Below are positions 51,855 to 64,000 of a stretch of DNA of 64,000 bases, in pieces; the first letter of the stretch is position 1; every line of letters starts with the position of its first letter. Position numbers and translations under genes: made by a program. Location: the NCBI RefSeq assembly GCF_001194135.2, contig NC_069001.1:35487318-35551317 (forward strand), written 5' to 3'. Origin of the DNA: Octopus bimaculoides (lineage: Eukaryota). The notes under the pieces are model-generated. The model was not told where the DNA came from, searched no databases, and worked only from the letters and a program-made list of their open reading frames with translations.

Positions 51855-52330
51855 TAGCAGCCATAGCTCTGTGGTTAACAAGTTCATAACCACATGGTTT
51901 TTAGGTTCAGTCCCATTGTGTGGTACCTTAGGCAAGTATCATCTGCCATAGCCTGGAAGTACCCAAACTTTGTGCATAGATTTTAGTTGATGGAAACTGA
52001 AGGAAGCCTCTTGTGAATGTATGTTTATGTCTATGCACATGTATATGTATGTGTGTGTGAGTGCTTATGTTTCCTTGCCTTCAGATCAAGCAACAGTTAT
52101 AAAAGAGTGCCGCTGCCATACAAACGAATACAAATGATGATATCATCCATTGCTAATCTTCCATGAAAGCATGTTCTGCCCGAGGTAATATTTCTTAACA
52201 TAGAAACAGGTGAGGGTTATCGACAGGAAGAGCATCCAGCTGTAAAAAAAAATTCCACTTCAACGAATTCTGTATAAACCATGCAAGAGTATAAAACAGA
52301 GTGTTTCATATGAGAACAACAATGATGATG
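51855..52330 (+). mobile_element. composite SINE: family A head, internal microsatellite, D-like tail
   Basis: GGTTCAGTCCCATTGTGTGGTACCTTAGGCAAG, later CAGGAAGAGCATCCAGCTGTA and (GAT)n. The tail resembles 18170-18340. Confidence 0.65.
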
Positions 52331-52669
52331 ATGATGATCTACACACAATCATCATCATCATTATCATGTGGTAGCCTACATGTGCTAACTTATATAGCCT
52401 CTCATGAAGTACACAGTCATGTGACTGATCATGTTTCCATGTTCTTGTCATGCTACCTCACATCTTAAGTTATTTTGATAATGTAAAACTCAGTATTACA
52501 ATTTGAAAAGCTTCGGTTGATGTTGCCAGTGAAATATATATGCTCTACTTTATTTATTGAGTACTTTTTTTGCTATTTGTAAATATAAATGTTCTTCACC
52601 AATGTATGCATGTATGTAAACATAAGCGTATATGTTTGCATGTGTATGAATGTATGCGCTTGTGTGTAT

Positions 52670-52719
<50 letters not shown>

Positions 52720-52754
52720 AACTGAACATTCAGTAACAGGAAACTATAATAATT

Positions 52755-52781
52755 TCATTTATTTTTATTTTTCAGGTAAGT
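52755..52781 (+). promoter_or_regulatory. candidate recursive splice site (acceptor fused to donor)
   Basis: TCATTTATTTTTATTTTTCAG|GTAAGT, with the AG/GT junction at 52775/52776. Confidence 0.35.
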
Positions 52782-53943
52782 ACAAATTGATTCAACACTT
52801 CACTGAACTCCAGTTGAATAAGCAACCATTGTGAATGATTCTTAAAAATATTTCCAGCTGAATGACGATAAAAGCCTGTTTCTCCCATTCACTAACAGGT
52901 TAGTTACTTAACTGTCTCCCATACAATAGTTTCCAAGATAAACCATACACAATGATGTTTTTCCCTTTTCTTCATTTCTTTCTCTCTTACCTCCTCTCTC
53001 TCTGTTTATCTATCTATCTATCTATCTAGCTCTCTCTTTAACAATATTAGTCTAAGGTTATAAAGTTTTGTTGTTCATCTTTCAGACAAGGTGGTGCTTG
53101 GTGAATTGTAGGTCTAGTTATATCTAGAGACAAGTCCCTTCCCCTTTTTGTTTGTTGTATAAATATTGTAGTTTTATTTACAAAGAGCTACTGGAGATCG
53201 TTATCTTCCCTCTTATATTCTCACACCATTTTTATTTTCTTACTGATCCACCTTTAGCGTCACACTTGGGTAAGCACGAACAATCATCTTTTCAGCATCC
53301 AAACAATATTTAGGTCCGTTTGAATACAATCTGAAACATACTTATGCTATTTGTGGACCTGAAATAGAAATTTTCTTTTCAGCTTGTTAATTTGTTTTAC
53401 AAACCACTATATCTACCAAATACTTCCTTAAATTTTTCCTGGTCAGTCCTTACAACAACAATATTGTCTTTTGTATTGCAGGAACAAAATGCAAAATGTT
53501 GCTTTCGTGCTGGAAGCAACCTGTCATGTCATATATATTTCATTCTTGTTGAAATCATTTCTCATTCTATTTACCATCTTGCTTTGGGAAAAGTTAAACA
53601 TCTAAGTTGATTTGGATGAGATTTTAAACCAAAGTATTTCTCAACTTGAAAATGATTGCCATGTTTTTTTCTGTTTTTGCTTTTTTTTTTTTTTTTTTTT
53701 TTTTTTTGGCAAATTCATTTAAAACTAAAGATGTTACTATCTAGAGCAAAGTTGTAAAATATAGTCAGTGATGTATATATAATGCTTAGTAGTATTTATT
53801 TCTTGCTAAACACTGAAGCATTGAATTAATTAGATTATGTAAATTCAACAAACACTGTGTAATTAATCCTACCAGTTAATTTGTCAAAACACATCTATGT
53901 TTTATAAAGCATAAAATATCAAATATGTATTTTTCATATTTTA

Positions 53944-53984
<41 letters not shown>

Positions 53985-54021
53985 AGCAATGAATTCCGGG
54001 TAGAGGTAGNNNNNNNNNNCT

Positions 54022-54066
<45 letters not shown>

Positions 54067-54869
54067 GGAGAGACATTCTGGAGGGGCTTGGGGATTAAGA
54101 GCTATGCAAGTTTCCAGATTAGGCAACACTACATCATACCAAAAGCACCACCCCCATCGTCTCTCTTCTAAAGTAAAGATCCAATTATTGAATGATGTTA
54201 CATGACATTAATCAGTCGTAGTTATATCTCCATTGGGACGTTCAATATTGATAACAACTTTAAGATGAAGGAAAAACACTTTGGTTTAAACTGACATGGT
54301 GGTCGATATTGGTTTGATATGAGGTTGTGTGACTTTGTGGTTATTAAGCTGAGCTCACAATCCAAAGGCTGTGAGTTCAAATCCTGTTCTGGGGAATATG
54401 TTGTATTTTTGAGCAAGACGTACCCTTTCACATTGCTTTAGTCTTCTCAGATGAAAACAACAATCAGATCAGCTTTCTCTCTGTCTCTAGTTATTGCATC
54501 ATTGGGGTAAGAGAGCCAAGAAGGTGTCTATGGCTGCCACTGGTTGCTTGGGTAACAAAAAAGACTTTACAAAACACAAGACAGATCATAATTAGAGCAA
54601 AACACATCATTTCATGTTGTTCCACTCTACTCAGCTGTAAAAACCAACCAAGCTCTACTGCAGTCCCACATGTCTCCCTCATGTTCTGCTTTGTCAGTGG
54701 GCAAGAGGGTTGATAAGATGTCTTATTCTGCTCCAGACTACAATCTCAGTACCAGTTTCTTCTGTCTGCTCTCAAACACATTGGGCAGCAAGTTGACTCC
54801 ACTGGTTTCTGTCGACAAATCCTGACAAGAAGCAACTTTGCCTTTCAATCTATTGGCATTAGTTGATAT

Positions 54870-55270
54870 CAGTCCTTTTGCTGTTCTTCTGCATATTGGG
54901 GCAGCAAGTTGTTGCCACTAGTTTCTGTTGACTATAGTTTTCTCTACATCCAGTCATGTGATATTAGTTTTTCTGATGTCAGTTATGAATGTTCTGTGTT
55001 ACACAGCTTTCTGTCTTCCTCTCTTTCTTTTCCCCTCCAATGGTGTCAGTTTGAAATCTGTTTTAAAATGGTATTGTTCTGGTGGCCAGAGTATGCGACT
55101 GGCTAATTTTAATCTTTGTACTGTAATGAGTGGTCTTGTGCTGGCTGTTTTTAGAATGTCTTCAATGGTTATGCAGTCTTGTCAGTACTTTCCCAGAATC
55201 CTTCTAAAAGAACCTTCGATGGGACACATCTAGCTCTCTGTTGATTTTCATGGTGTTCAAAACTACATAC
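54870..55270 (-). pseudogene. RTE-clade LINE 3' fragment
   Basis: SFRRILGKY*QDCITIEDILKTAS..QRLKLASRIL..TPLEGKRKRGRQK..TDIRK..NRN*WQQL matches the RTE C-terminus, with in-frame stops. Confidence 0.8.
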
Positions 55271-56113
55271 ATAGCTAAAGCATTGCCGAAATACAAAACA
55301 GATCCTAATTAGAAGTTTCTCATTAGTGAAACATAACATAAAGTCTTTGATATTTTCCGAACTCATTAAAGTATGCATGCAATTATGTTTATTTCTATTT
55401 ATATATTTATTGATGTTCATTTCAGAACTGTAAATCAATAGTTTAGTTTAAAAAGAAGATAAAAACAAGATGGAAAACCCTAAATATTTGACACACTATT
55501 TCTAAAGTAACAGACTTGTTAAGACCTGGGACTGACATGTTGCTTTATTAAGTTTCACATATTGTAAACTAACAAACTCTGGTATATCTGTGACTGACAT
55601 TTCATTTTATTAGCATCTTGTCAGTAAATACCTCCCTCTCTCTTCGGTCCATTATCCCTTTCCTCGCTTCCCCCACCATGCCAAACATTTCGGAATGACA
55701 TCAGTGTAGTATTTCAATAGAAAGTCTATAACAGATATCTATTTCTGTCAGATCTACATTCTTACATTCATTAAATATTCAGTGAGTCTTAATTGTGTCA
55801 TTTCAATGCTAATTTTGCCAAAGTTTTGTTATTCCATTTCCAGAAGTGTTTTGCTATGTATTTCAGGTCTGTAGGCATATTAAATCAAATATTTTTTTCC
55901 TTTTTCTTTTAGTCAGCTATTAGAATGTTGTATACAAGAACCTGGTTTTTAGCTAGACCCACCAGACAATGTACTTAATAGCTTATACACTGTCCAAGGT
56001 TATATGAAACACTTTACTTTATACAAACCCTTACCTAATCCCACCCCACTGCATGTCACTAACCTAAACTCTGGCCCTGATTTTCTGAAACATTTTTAAT
56101 TTTAAAAAAACTA

Positions 56114-56282
56114 TAGGTGCAGGCATGGGTGTGTGATAAGAAGTTTGATTCCTGACTTCATAGTTCTGGGTTCAGTCCCACTGAATGGCACCTTGGGCGA
56201 GTGTCTTCTACAAAGCTTCAGGCAGACCAAAGCTTTGTGAGTGGAATTGGTTGACAGAAACTGAAAGAAGCCCATCGTATAT
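56114..56282 (+). mobile_element. SINE family A, 5' part
   Basis: GGGTTCAGTCCCACTGAATGGCACCTTGGGCGAGTGTCTTCTAC...GAAACTGAAAGAAGCCCATCG. Confidence 0.85.
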
Positions 56283-56413
56283 GTTGGTGTTGTATGCATT
56301 GTTAATCCTAGATATATATATAAGGCAAGACAGTCATGCTTGGAATGTCTTTGAACATACTCACTTAAGAATGGCTTGAAGTTAAATAGTATCTAAGGGC
56401 CTTCATGCAATGG

Positions 56414-56460
56414 CTGAAGAGGCCTTGTCTAGGTTGGAAACAGAATAGCTGTCTAAGCAC
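56414..56460 (+). ncRNA. possible decayed hammerhead motif
   Basis: CTGAAGA-GGCCT/TGTCT/AGGTT-G-GAA-ACAG/AATAG/CTGT-C. The core, stem III and GUC are present, but stem I does not pair. Confidence 0.35.
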
Positions 56461-58089
56461 AGTTTTTCCACACTATTTCCCCCACCCCACAGTTCCTCCC
56501 CCAGTTTTTTTCTTTTCTTGCAGCTCCTGCACAAAAAATACATTTCTATTTATGTGTTTTTTTTTTGTTTTTTCCATTCAGTTCCAGACATTGAAGCCAA
56601 AACCAAAACAAACTCACAACCCCCATCTCACCCAAACTCTTTATNNNNNNNNNNNNNNNNNNNNNNNNNNNNNNNNNNNNNNNNNNNNNNNNNNNNNNNN
56701 NNNNNNNNNNNNNNNNNNNNNNNNNNNNNNNNNNNNNNNNNNNNNNNNNNNNNNNNNNNNNNNNNNNNNNNNNNNNNNNNNNNNNNNNNNNNNNNNNNNN
56801 NNNNNNNNNNNNNNNNNNNNNNNNNNNNNNNNNNNNNNNNNNNNNNNNNNNNNNNNNNNNNNNNNNNNNNNNNNNNNNNNNNNNNNNNNNNNNNNNNNNN
56901 NNNNNNNNNNNNNNNNNNNNNNNNNNNNNNNNNNNNNNNNNNNNNNNNNNNNNNNNNNNNNNNNNNNNNNNNNNNNNNNNNNNNNNNNNNNNNNNNNNNN
57001 NNNNNNNNNNNNNNNNNNNNNNNNNNNNNNNNNNNNNNNNNNNNNNNNNNNNNNNNNNNNNNNNNNNNNNNNNNNNNNNNNNNNNNNNNNNNNNNNNNNN
57101 NNNNNNNNNNNNNNNNNNNNNNNNNNNNNNNNNNNNNNNNNNNNNNNNNNNNNNNNNNNNNNNNNNNNNNNNNNNNNNNNNNNNNNNNNNNNNNNNNNNN
57201 NNNNNNNNNNNNNNNNNNNNNNNNNNNNNNNNNNNNNNNNNNNNNNNNNNNNNNNNNNNNNNNNNNNNNNNNNNNNNNNNNNNNNNNNNNNNNNNNNNNN
57301 NNNNNNNNNNNNNNNNNNNNNNNNNNNNNNNNNNNNNNNNNNNNNNNNNNNNNNNNNNNNNNNNNNNNNNNNNNNNNNNNNNNNNNNNNNNNNNNNNNNN
57401 NNNNNNNNNNNNNNNNNNNNNNNNNNNNNNNNNNNNNNNNNNNAAATTGTCTCAAAATATAGTTAATTTTGTGGTTTGGATGACTTTCCTAAGGGCCAGT
57501 TCTTATCGTTTCTACCCCATTGCCACTGTCTCAACCACAGATACATACCTCAAAGAAACAGAAAGACAAACAGACAGAAAGACAGACACAGACAGAAAGA
57601 CAGTCACAGACAGATTACATGGATGGATAGAGGGAGAAAAGAGAGAGAGACAAACAGATATACAGGCAGAAAGATATATGGACAGATAGACAGATAGGGG
57701 GAGAGAGAGTGAGAGACTGACACACAGACAGACAGATCTGCTGACAGATAGATGGGTACAGAGACAGACAGATACATGGACAGATAGAGAGACAGACAGA
57801 CAGACAAATACATACACAGACAGGCAGACAGATACAAAAACAGATAGACAATAAATTAGGATGATTAACAATGTTCATGGATAAAAAAGGATATTTACAA
57901 TCTGTGTTTGTTCATGTATTATTTGGTAAGACTCGGCTGTGAAAACATTTGCTTGTTATATAATACAGACATCAATTGTATAGCTTGGCTTTGGTGTGTT
58001 CATCATTTTGCAGGATTTGGCCGGGCAGAGTTGTGCCTGGATCCTTGTTTAGAAGTCATTGTACCTTGTGACATTGTAGTTTTAACTGG

Positions 58090-58230
58090 AATTTTATCCA
58101 CTGGAAGGTGGTGGTCTGATACTCCTGAGGGAGATGGAACTATGGCAGACCTAAAGCAACATGGGGAAGGGCCTGCAAGAAATTGAGGTCCTGGCAGGTG
58201 GTGACATCTGGGGCAATTGCAACCCGTTGT
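58090..58230 (+). pseudogene. decayed RTE-like LINE C-terminal remnant
   Basis: TPEG...GRPKATWGR resembles the W.P.G.R.RGRPK.TW motif. Confidence 0.5.
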
Positions 58231-58749
58231 CAAGGACTGAGATAGATGGAGATATCTTGTTGGTATCCTATGCAACACATGGAGCCAAAGAATTTAATTA
58301 ATGAATGTAATATAATATAATTCTGAGGCAGGGTTGGATTAACCATTAAGCAAAATAAGCATGTGCTTAGGGCATCAAGGGAAGGAGCGGGGGTCACCAC
58401 AGAAATGGTAAATGGTTTACGGCACAAAAGAAATCGCTTTCCTAATATAATATTCTTCATGCATATATCTGAGAGTTTTTCCAGTTACCAAACTTAAAAG
58501 ATAAGTACTAGGGAGCTCAAGGTGGTGCTCCAGCATGGCCATGGTTTGATGACTGAAACTAGTAAAAGACAAAAAATAATAAAAACTCAAAAAACAAAAA
58601 GATGAAAACTGCTAAGTAAAGAGACAGAAGAGAAATAATGACATACATGGACGTTCCTAAATAAAGTTTTTCCAAAATATGGAAGAATTTAAGTAGAAAC
58701 TGAGATTATTAAATCACGCTCTCAGACACATTGGAAGATTCACCATTCT

Positions 58750-59165
58750 TAAAACTAAATAACATATTATTATAACAGACAAATACCGACAGGCTGATTC
58801 TCCAGAGCTGGAATTGTTTCCATCCATAAACCCAACATAAGGGCTTCCATATGTCTGACTCCACAAGGAAATTTCCGAAATATTCTCTCTCCAAAATATA
58901 GAAGAATCAAGACAGCAATTTTGGTATGGGCAGCGGAGACCGCATGCAGACAGAAATATCAATTAGAAGCCTAGTGTGATATATTTAGTAAACCATTATT
59001 CAATCTTCAAGTTATAATAATAGACGTAAATACAGACAGACCTTTCTTCAGAAGCGGCATTATGTCTCCATCCGTAAAACTAAGGAACTGCTTCCATATG
59101 TCGGCTTTCTAAAGAAATTTCCTATCCTAAACATATATTCTCCATTCTCCAAAAATATAGGCAGG
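58750..59165. repeat. diverged tandem duplication of about 250 bp
   Basis: GCTTCCATATGTC at 58843 and 59090 (offset 247). AAATTTCC, CTCCAAAA(A)TATAG and AAATAC.GACAG also recur in register. Confidence 0.75.
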
Positions 59166-59198
<33 letters not shown>

Positions 59199-60242
59199 NN
59201 NNNNNNNNNNNNNNNNNNNNNNNNNNNNNNNNNNNNNNNNNNNNNNNNNNNNNNNNNNNNNNNNNNNNNNNNNNNNNNNNNNNNNNNNNNNNNNNNNNNN
59301 NNNNNNNNNNNNNNNNNNNNNNNNNNNNNNNNNNNNNNNNNNNNNNNNNNNNNNNNNNNNNNNNNNNNNNNNNNNNNNNNNNNNNNNNNNNNNNNNNNNN
59401 NNNNNNNNNNNNNNNNNNNNNNNNNNNNNNNNNNNNNNNNNNNNNNNNNNNNNNNNNNNNNNNNNNNNNNNNNNNNNNNNNNNNNNNNNNNNNNNNNNNN
59501 NNNNNNNNNNNNNNNNNNNNNNNNNNNNNNNNNNNNNNNNNNNNNNNNNNNNNNNNNNNNNNNNNNNNNNNNNNNNNNNNNNNNNNNNNNNNNNNNNNNN
59601 NNNNNNNNNNNNNNNNNNNNNNNNNNNNNNNNNNNNNNNNNNNNNNNNNNNNNNNNNNNNNNNNNNNNNNNNNNNNNNNNNNNNNNNNNNNNNNNNNNNN
59701 NNNNNNNNNNNNNNNNNNNNNNNNNNNNNNNNNNNNNNNNNNNNNNNNNNNNNNNNNNNNNNNNNNNNNNNNNNNNNNNNNNNNNNNNNNNNNNNNNNNN
59801 NNNNNNNNNNNNNNNNNNNNNNNNNNNNNNNNNNNNNNNNNNNNNNNNNNNNNNNNNNNNNNNNNNNNNNNNNNNNNNNNNNNNNNNNNNNNNNNNNNNN
59901 NNNNNNNNNNNNAAAAGAATTAGGGAGCAGAATCCAAAAGTATTATGTAAGTAAATGAGATCAAATCACAGACGTATGAAGAAGGATTAAAGGAGCCCTA
60001 TTTTTTGTCTTTGTAAGATCAACATCTATCGATGTGTGTGTGTGTGTGTGTGGGTGGGTGTGTGTGTATGTGTGTGTGTGTATGTGTGTGTGTGTGTGTG
60101 TATGTATGTGTGTGTGTGTGTGTGTTGTGGGAGTGAGAGAGAGAAAAATACACATATGTTATAAAACTTTTAGATAGTTTTTTAACAGGAATATTCTGGA
60201 AGCTATATCTAAGACTTAATACATTATTATTATTACCATTAC

Positions 60243-60285
<43 letters not shown>

Positions 60286-60422
60286 TTTATCTACCTAATT
60301 CCCAAACCCCAATACTTACAATGAAACAACAACGTTTTTGCTTTTTTAGATTATTTTTGTCCCCGTTCCTTTCTTCTTCATCGACTGACTACAACATCAA
60401 AATGCACACGTGTGTGTGTGTG

Positions 60423-60458
<36 letters not shown>

Positions 60459-60468
60459 NNNNNNNNNN

Positions 60469-60503
<35 letters not shown>

Positions 60504-61189
60504 GACATGTGGTTCAATCCCATTGTATGTCACTTTGGACAAGGGTCTTTTATTATATTGATAGCTTTTGAGATGAACCTAAACTTGTGGATGGGTTTTG
60601 GTAGATATAAACAGGGGAAGCTTGTTATATATTTTGTTAACAACTGGTGTTGGTGCATTTACATCCCTGTAACCTAACAGTTTGGCAAAACAGACTGATA
60701 GAGTAGGTACCAGTAGAAGAAGATTAAAAGAAAGAAGATAACAAAATTGTTAAAAACAGAAAATGAAAACGAGCCAAGCACCCCCATCTCTTAAATTAAA
60801 CTCAACCATGCTTAAAATTTACAAAATAAAACAGAAGGTCATGCCTGGAGTGCCTTTGACCAAAGGTCTATTTGTACGATCGTGGTTGGCCTGAGAGTGC
60901 TAATCAGCAACAACAACAACAACAACGACAACCTAGGGCTCTACATGTGCCATAGATAAAACAGCCACAGTTTTTGGTAAAGTTACTCATGGAATGAACA
61001 GACATTTGGCAGCAGCTATTTATATTCAAAGAATGGTGTTAAAACATGGGAACCTTGCTGTGTTAATTCTACAAAAGTCACATCTGGCAGCGAAAGGGTT
61101 AGCTGGCTTTCTCGAAATATCCTTCTTGCAGTCTATTTCTGTCTATGTATGTATGTATGTATGTATGTATGTACATATGTGTGTGTGAG

Positions 61190-61226
<37 letters not shown>

Positions 61227-61239
61227 TTCTGATAAATTA

Positions 61240-61810
61240 TCTATTGCATTTCTCTTTACTTCTCTTTCTCTTTTTTATTCTTTTTGTATTTTGCTTCTTC
61301 ACCTCTGTTTCTTTCTCACAATCTCTTTATTGTTTTCTACATTTCCCCCCTTATTTCACCCTATCCATCTTCAACTCTCTCTCTCTCTCTTTCTCTCTCT
61401 CTCTTTCTCTCTCTCTCTTTCTCTCTCCTCCTCCTCCTTTCCCTCTTCAATCCTCTCTATTTCAATTTTCCCTAATATTTCTCTCTTAATTTCTTCAACC
61501 TCTTTCCTTCTCTCCCTCTCTCTTACTCTCTTTATCTTTCTCCCTCTCTGCTCTCTCCTTCTCACTCTCTCTCTCTTTCTCTCTCAGTCATTTTCCTTCT
61601 CTCTCTTATTTTTCTATATTTCTCTCCTCCTTTTTACCATCTTTATTTCTTTTCTCTTTCTCTCAATCTCTCTATCCCTCACTCAGTCACTTTTCCCCTG
61701 TATTTTTTTCTTTCACTCTCTCCACCCCTTTGTCCCTCTTCCCAACTCTTTTTCTCCATATCCTCTCTTCCTCACATACTCTCTCTCTCTCTCTCACTTT
61801 CACTCTTAGA
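61240..61810. repeat. about 570-bp imperfect polypyrimidine (CT)n tract
   Basis: Strong C/T strand bias. Confidence 0.9.
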
Positions 61811-62904
61811 ATATTACATTTCATAGTAATTAATTGGATTTTAAAATTATTAATTATATTTTAATTTTTTTCTCCTCCTCCTATTTGATACGCTGAAATC
61901 TTATTATAAAATTTTTACAATTTTCTGGAAAAAAAAAATAATATAATAAAAGAATTTTAATATAGTACCTCCTCAAAAATTAAAATATTTTCACTCAGAA
62001 AAAAAAAAAAAAAAAGACATATATCTTTCAATTTTCTTTTATTTTTTAGATGAAGCAAAATTTTTTTTTTAAATTTATTACAAATGAAAATTTAAAATTC
62101 ATCAAAAATTTCCACGTATGTCATAGTGAATTACTAAACATATTTAAGATGCTAATCAAATTGGTTGATAGGTCATTTCAAAGGTAGAAAGATCTGCCTT
62201 TCATTGCTTTGCTAACCACCACAGAAATTCTTCAGAACATTTCTACAGAACCATACAAACCCTTAAATATTCATGAATTCCTAATCTTAGAAACCAATTT
62301 GAATTCGCTTACCAAATATTATTCCATCATGTTTTCTGGTCACAAATCTCTTTGGTCAGCATCACCATTGCTTGATATATTGGATTAGATGCAAGTCTCT
62401 TCCATTGATGAAAAGCATAGTTTCCCTTCCCGCCTTTCTCTTCACTTACCATTTATTATTATTTTTTTTTTTTTTGCTAATGTATCAAATTACCATACCA
62501 GTTCCACATAATAAAGTTTATACTTTGAGTCAGAGAAAAATCCTTCCCTGCCGTAGCCAAACACCACCACCACCACCACGCTGTCACAGATCAAATTCTT
62601 AATTCACCTTCTCACAAAGTTCAGAGACTTTTGTCAGAAGTCTCATTCCAAAGGGAGGACAAAAAGAAAAGGAAAGAAAGAAAGAAAAGGAGAAAGAGAG
62701 GAAAAGTAAAGAAAATATTTATCTGTTTAAATGTCAAATCGTTCTCCATGACTCTCAGAATGTTCTTGCTTTCCTCTAAATTCGTTCTTCTTTGGTGAGT
62801 GACAGTTTACTAAGCAGCCATATAATTTCATGACTATTTGATTCAGCTCACAAATTAACAGTTTCTATACGTGCGTGTGTGTGTGTAATAAAATGCTAGC
62901 GATT

Positions 62905-63260
62905 ATTATTATCATCATTAAAGGGTGAGAGAGCAATACATGCCATCAAAGTGACACTGGGGTACAAATATACAAAGCCCAGTATACCCATCATGACTAC
63001 ATGTCTGATAAGGGTACACCAAACACATGCACGACATGGTGATCTAAAATTAAGATAAACGGTGCATGACCTTGCAGGTGGGGCCCTGTTAGAATTTTCT
63101 TCAGGTCGAGTAGCCCATCCCACTCAAAAGGTCCTTGAATAATGGCTATTTAAGGATGTTGAACGAAGCACCCATGTTTCCTTCCAAAGGTGAATTATTC
63201 AAACCCCAAAGACATGATTATGATGCTCCCCCACTACTTCTATTTGTGATCAGAGATGCA
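62905..63260 (-). mobile_element. retroelement 3' portion ending in GCTCTCTCAC plus an (AAT/GAT) tail
   Basis: GTGAGAGAGCA next to (ATT/ATC)n, the same terminal 11-mer as the R4/Dong element at about 42957. Confidence 0.5.
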
Positions 63261-63406
63261 CATATTGTCAGTCCAAGGTGCTCTGTGGTGGAACTGAACC
63301 TAAAATTCTTTGGTTGGGAAGCAAAACTCTTAACCACAAAGTTATGCCTACATTAAGCCCTCGATGTTTTTCTTTTCCTTTAAATATAGGTTCACATCTG
63401 TAAATC

Positions 63407-63790
63407 ACAGGTGTGACTGTGTGGTAAGAGGTATGCTTCCCAACCACATTGGTTCTGGGTTCAGTCCCACTGTATGCCACCTTGGGCAAGTGTTTTCTAC
63501 TTTAGCCTCAAGGCAGACAAAAATCTTGAGTGGATTTGGTAGATGGAAACTGAAAGAAGCCTATCGTATGTATGTGTGTGGGGGGACCGCGTCTGTCTGC
63601 TTGACAACCGGTGCTGGTGTGTTTATGTCTCCATAACTTAGTGATTCAGCAAAAGAGACTGATAGAATAAGAGCCAGCGTTTGAAAAAAAGCACTCCTGG
63701 GGTCGAATCATTCAGCTAAAAATTCTTCAAGGCAATGCCCCAGTATGGCTACAGTGTAATGACTGAAACAAGCGAAAGATAAAAGAAAAA
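63407..63790 (+). mobile_element. SINE family A, full length; an inverted head fragment lies at 63265-63350
   Basis: Head, CCTTGGGCAAGTG segment, TGCTTGACAACCGGTGCTGG, CTTCAAGGCAATGCCCCAGTATGGC and a GACTGAAACAAG tail. Confidence 0.9.
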
Positions 63791-64000
63791 GGAGCATAAA
63801 CAAACAAACAAATAAATAAAGCAAAAAAAAAAAGAATAATCCCCACCTCCCATAAACGTAGGGATTTATTACCATATAAGGACATCTCCTCTTCTTTACC
63901 AAATGTTTCATTTGCTTCAACCTTTTCTTCACTAAAGAGTCTTCAGGCTAAAATGTTAGGCCTACATGTAGAACAAGAAAACGTATTATAAGTGGGGAGG

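Noticed and set aside
61240-61810. Hydrophobic 172-aa ORF suggesting a membrane protein
   Set aside because: It is a translation of a (CT)n tract.
62330-62455. 41-aa minus-strand small ORF MVSEEKGGKGNYAFHQWKRL...
   Set aside because: Its length is within chance expectation, the start context is weak and no homology was recognised.
118-63932. The many ORFs rich in YI/CV/HT/M/S/X in the supplied track
   Set aside because: They are translations of (TA)n, (CA)n, (GAT)n, (CT)n or N gaps. (TA)n and (CA)n lack stops in every frame, and the trinucleotide tracts have at least one open frame.

Overview
AT-rich animal genomic DNA from a gapped short-read assembly. The large N gaps are at about 2948-3432, 4149-5030, 9652-10061, 25886-26164, 41920-42375, 56645-57443 and 59199-59912. 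The extreme microsatellite load and the SINE families look like those of Octopus (inference from recognised repeats, not a database result). The window is intronic or intergenic. I could not identify any protein-coding gene, and nearly all ORFs in the supplied track are microsatellite or N artefacts. Content: four recurring SINE-like families (my labels A-D), decayed LINE pieces (RTE, CR1-like, and one R4/Dong-type restriction-like endonuclease 3' end), DNA-transposon derivatives (mariner MITE, hAT MITE with an 8-bp TSD, Helentron-type HINE) and a few weak candidate exons. The most striking signal is a set of about eight minimal type-I hammerhead-ribozyme (HHR) motifs of the Penelope-like-element kind. 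They carry different catalytic cores: canonical C3-G8, U3-A8, G3-C8 and an A6U variant. Several have palindromic, dimer-type stem III, and two sit in foldback elements (4007-4148 and 21031-21324). Also notable are a miRNA-like hairpin, a possible recursive splice site and tandem SINE arrays. All structures were paired by eye and none was computed or tested.
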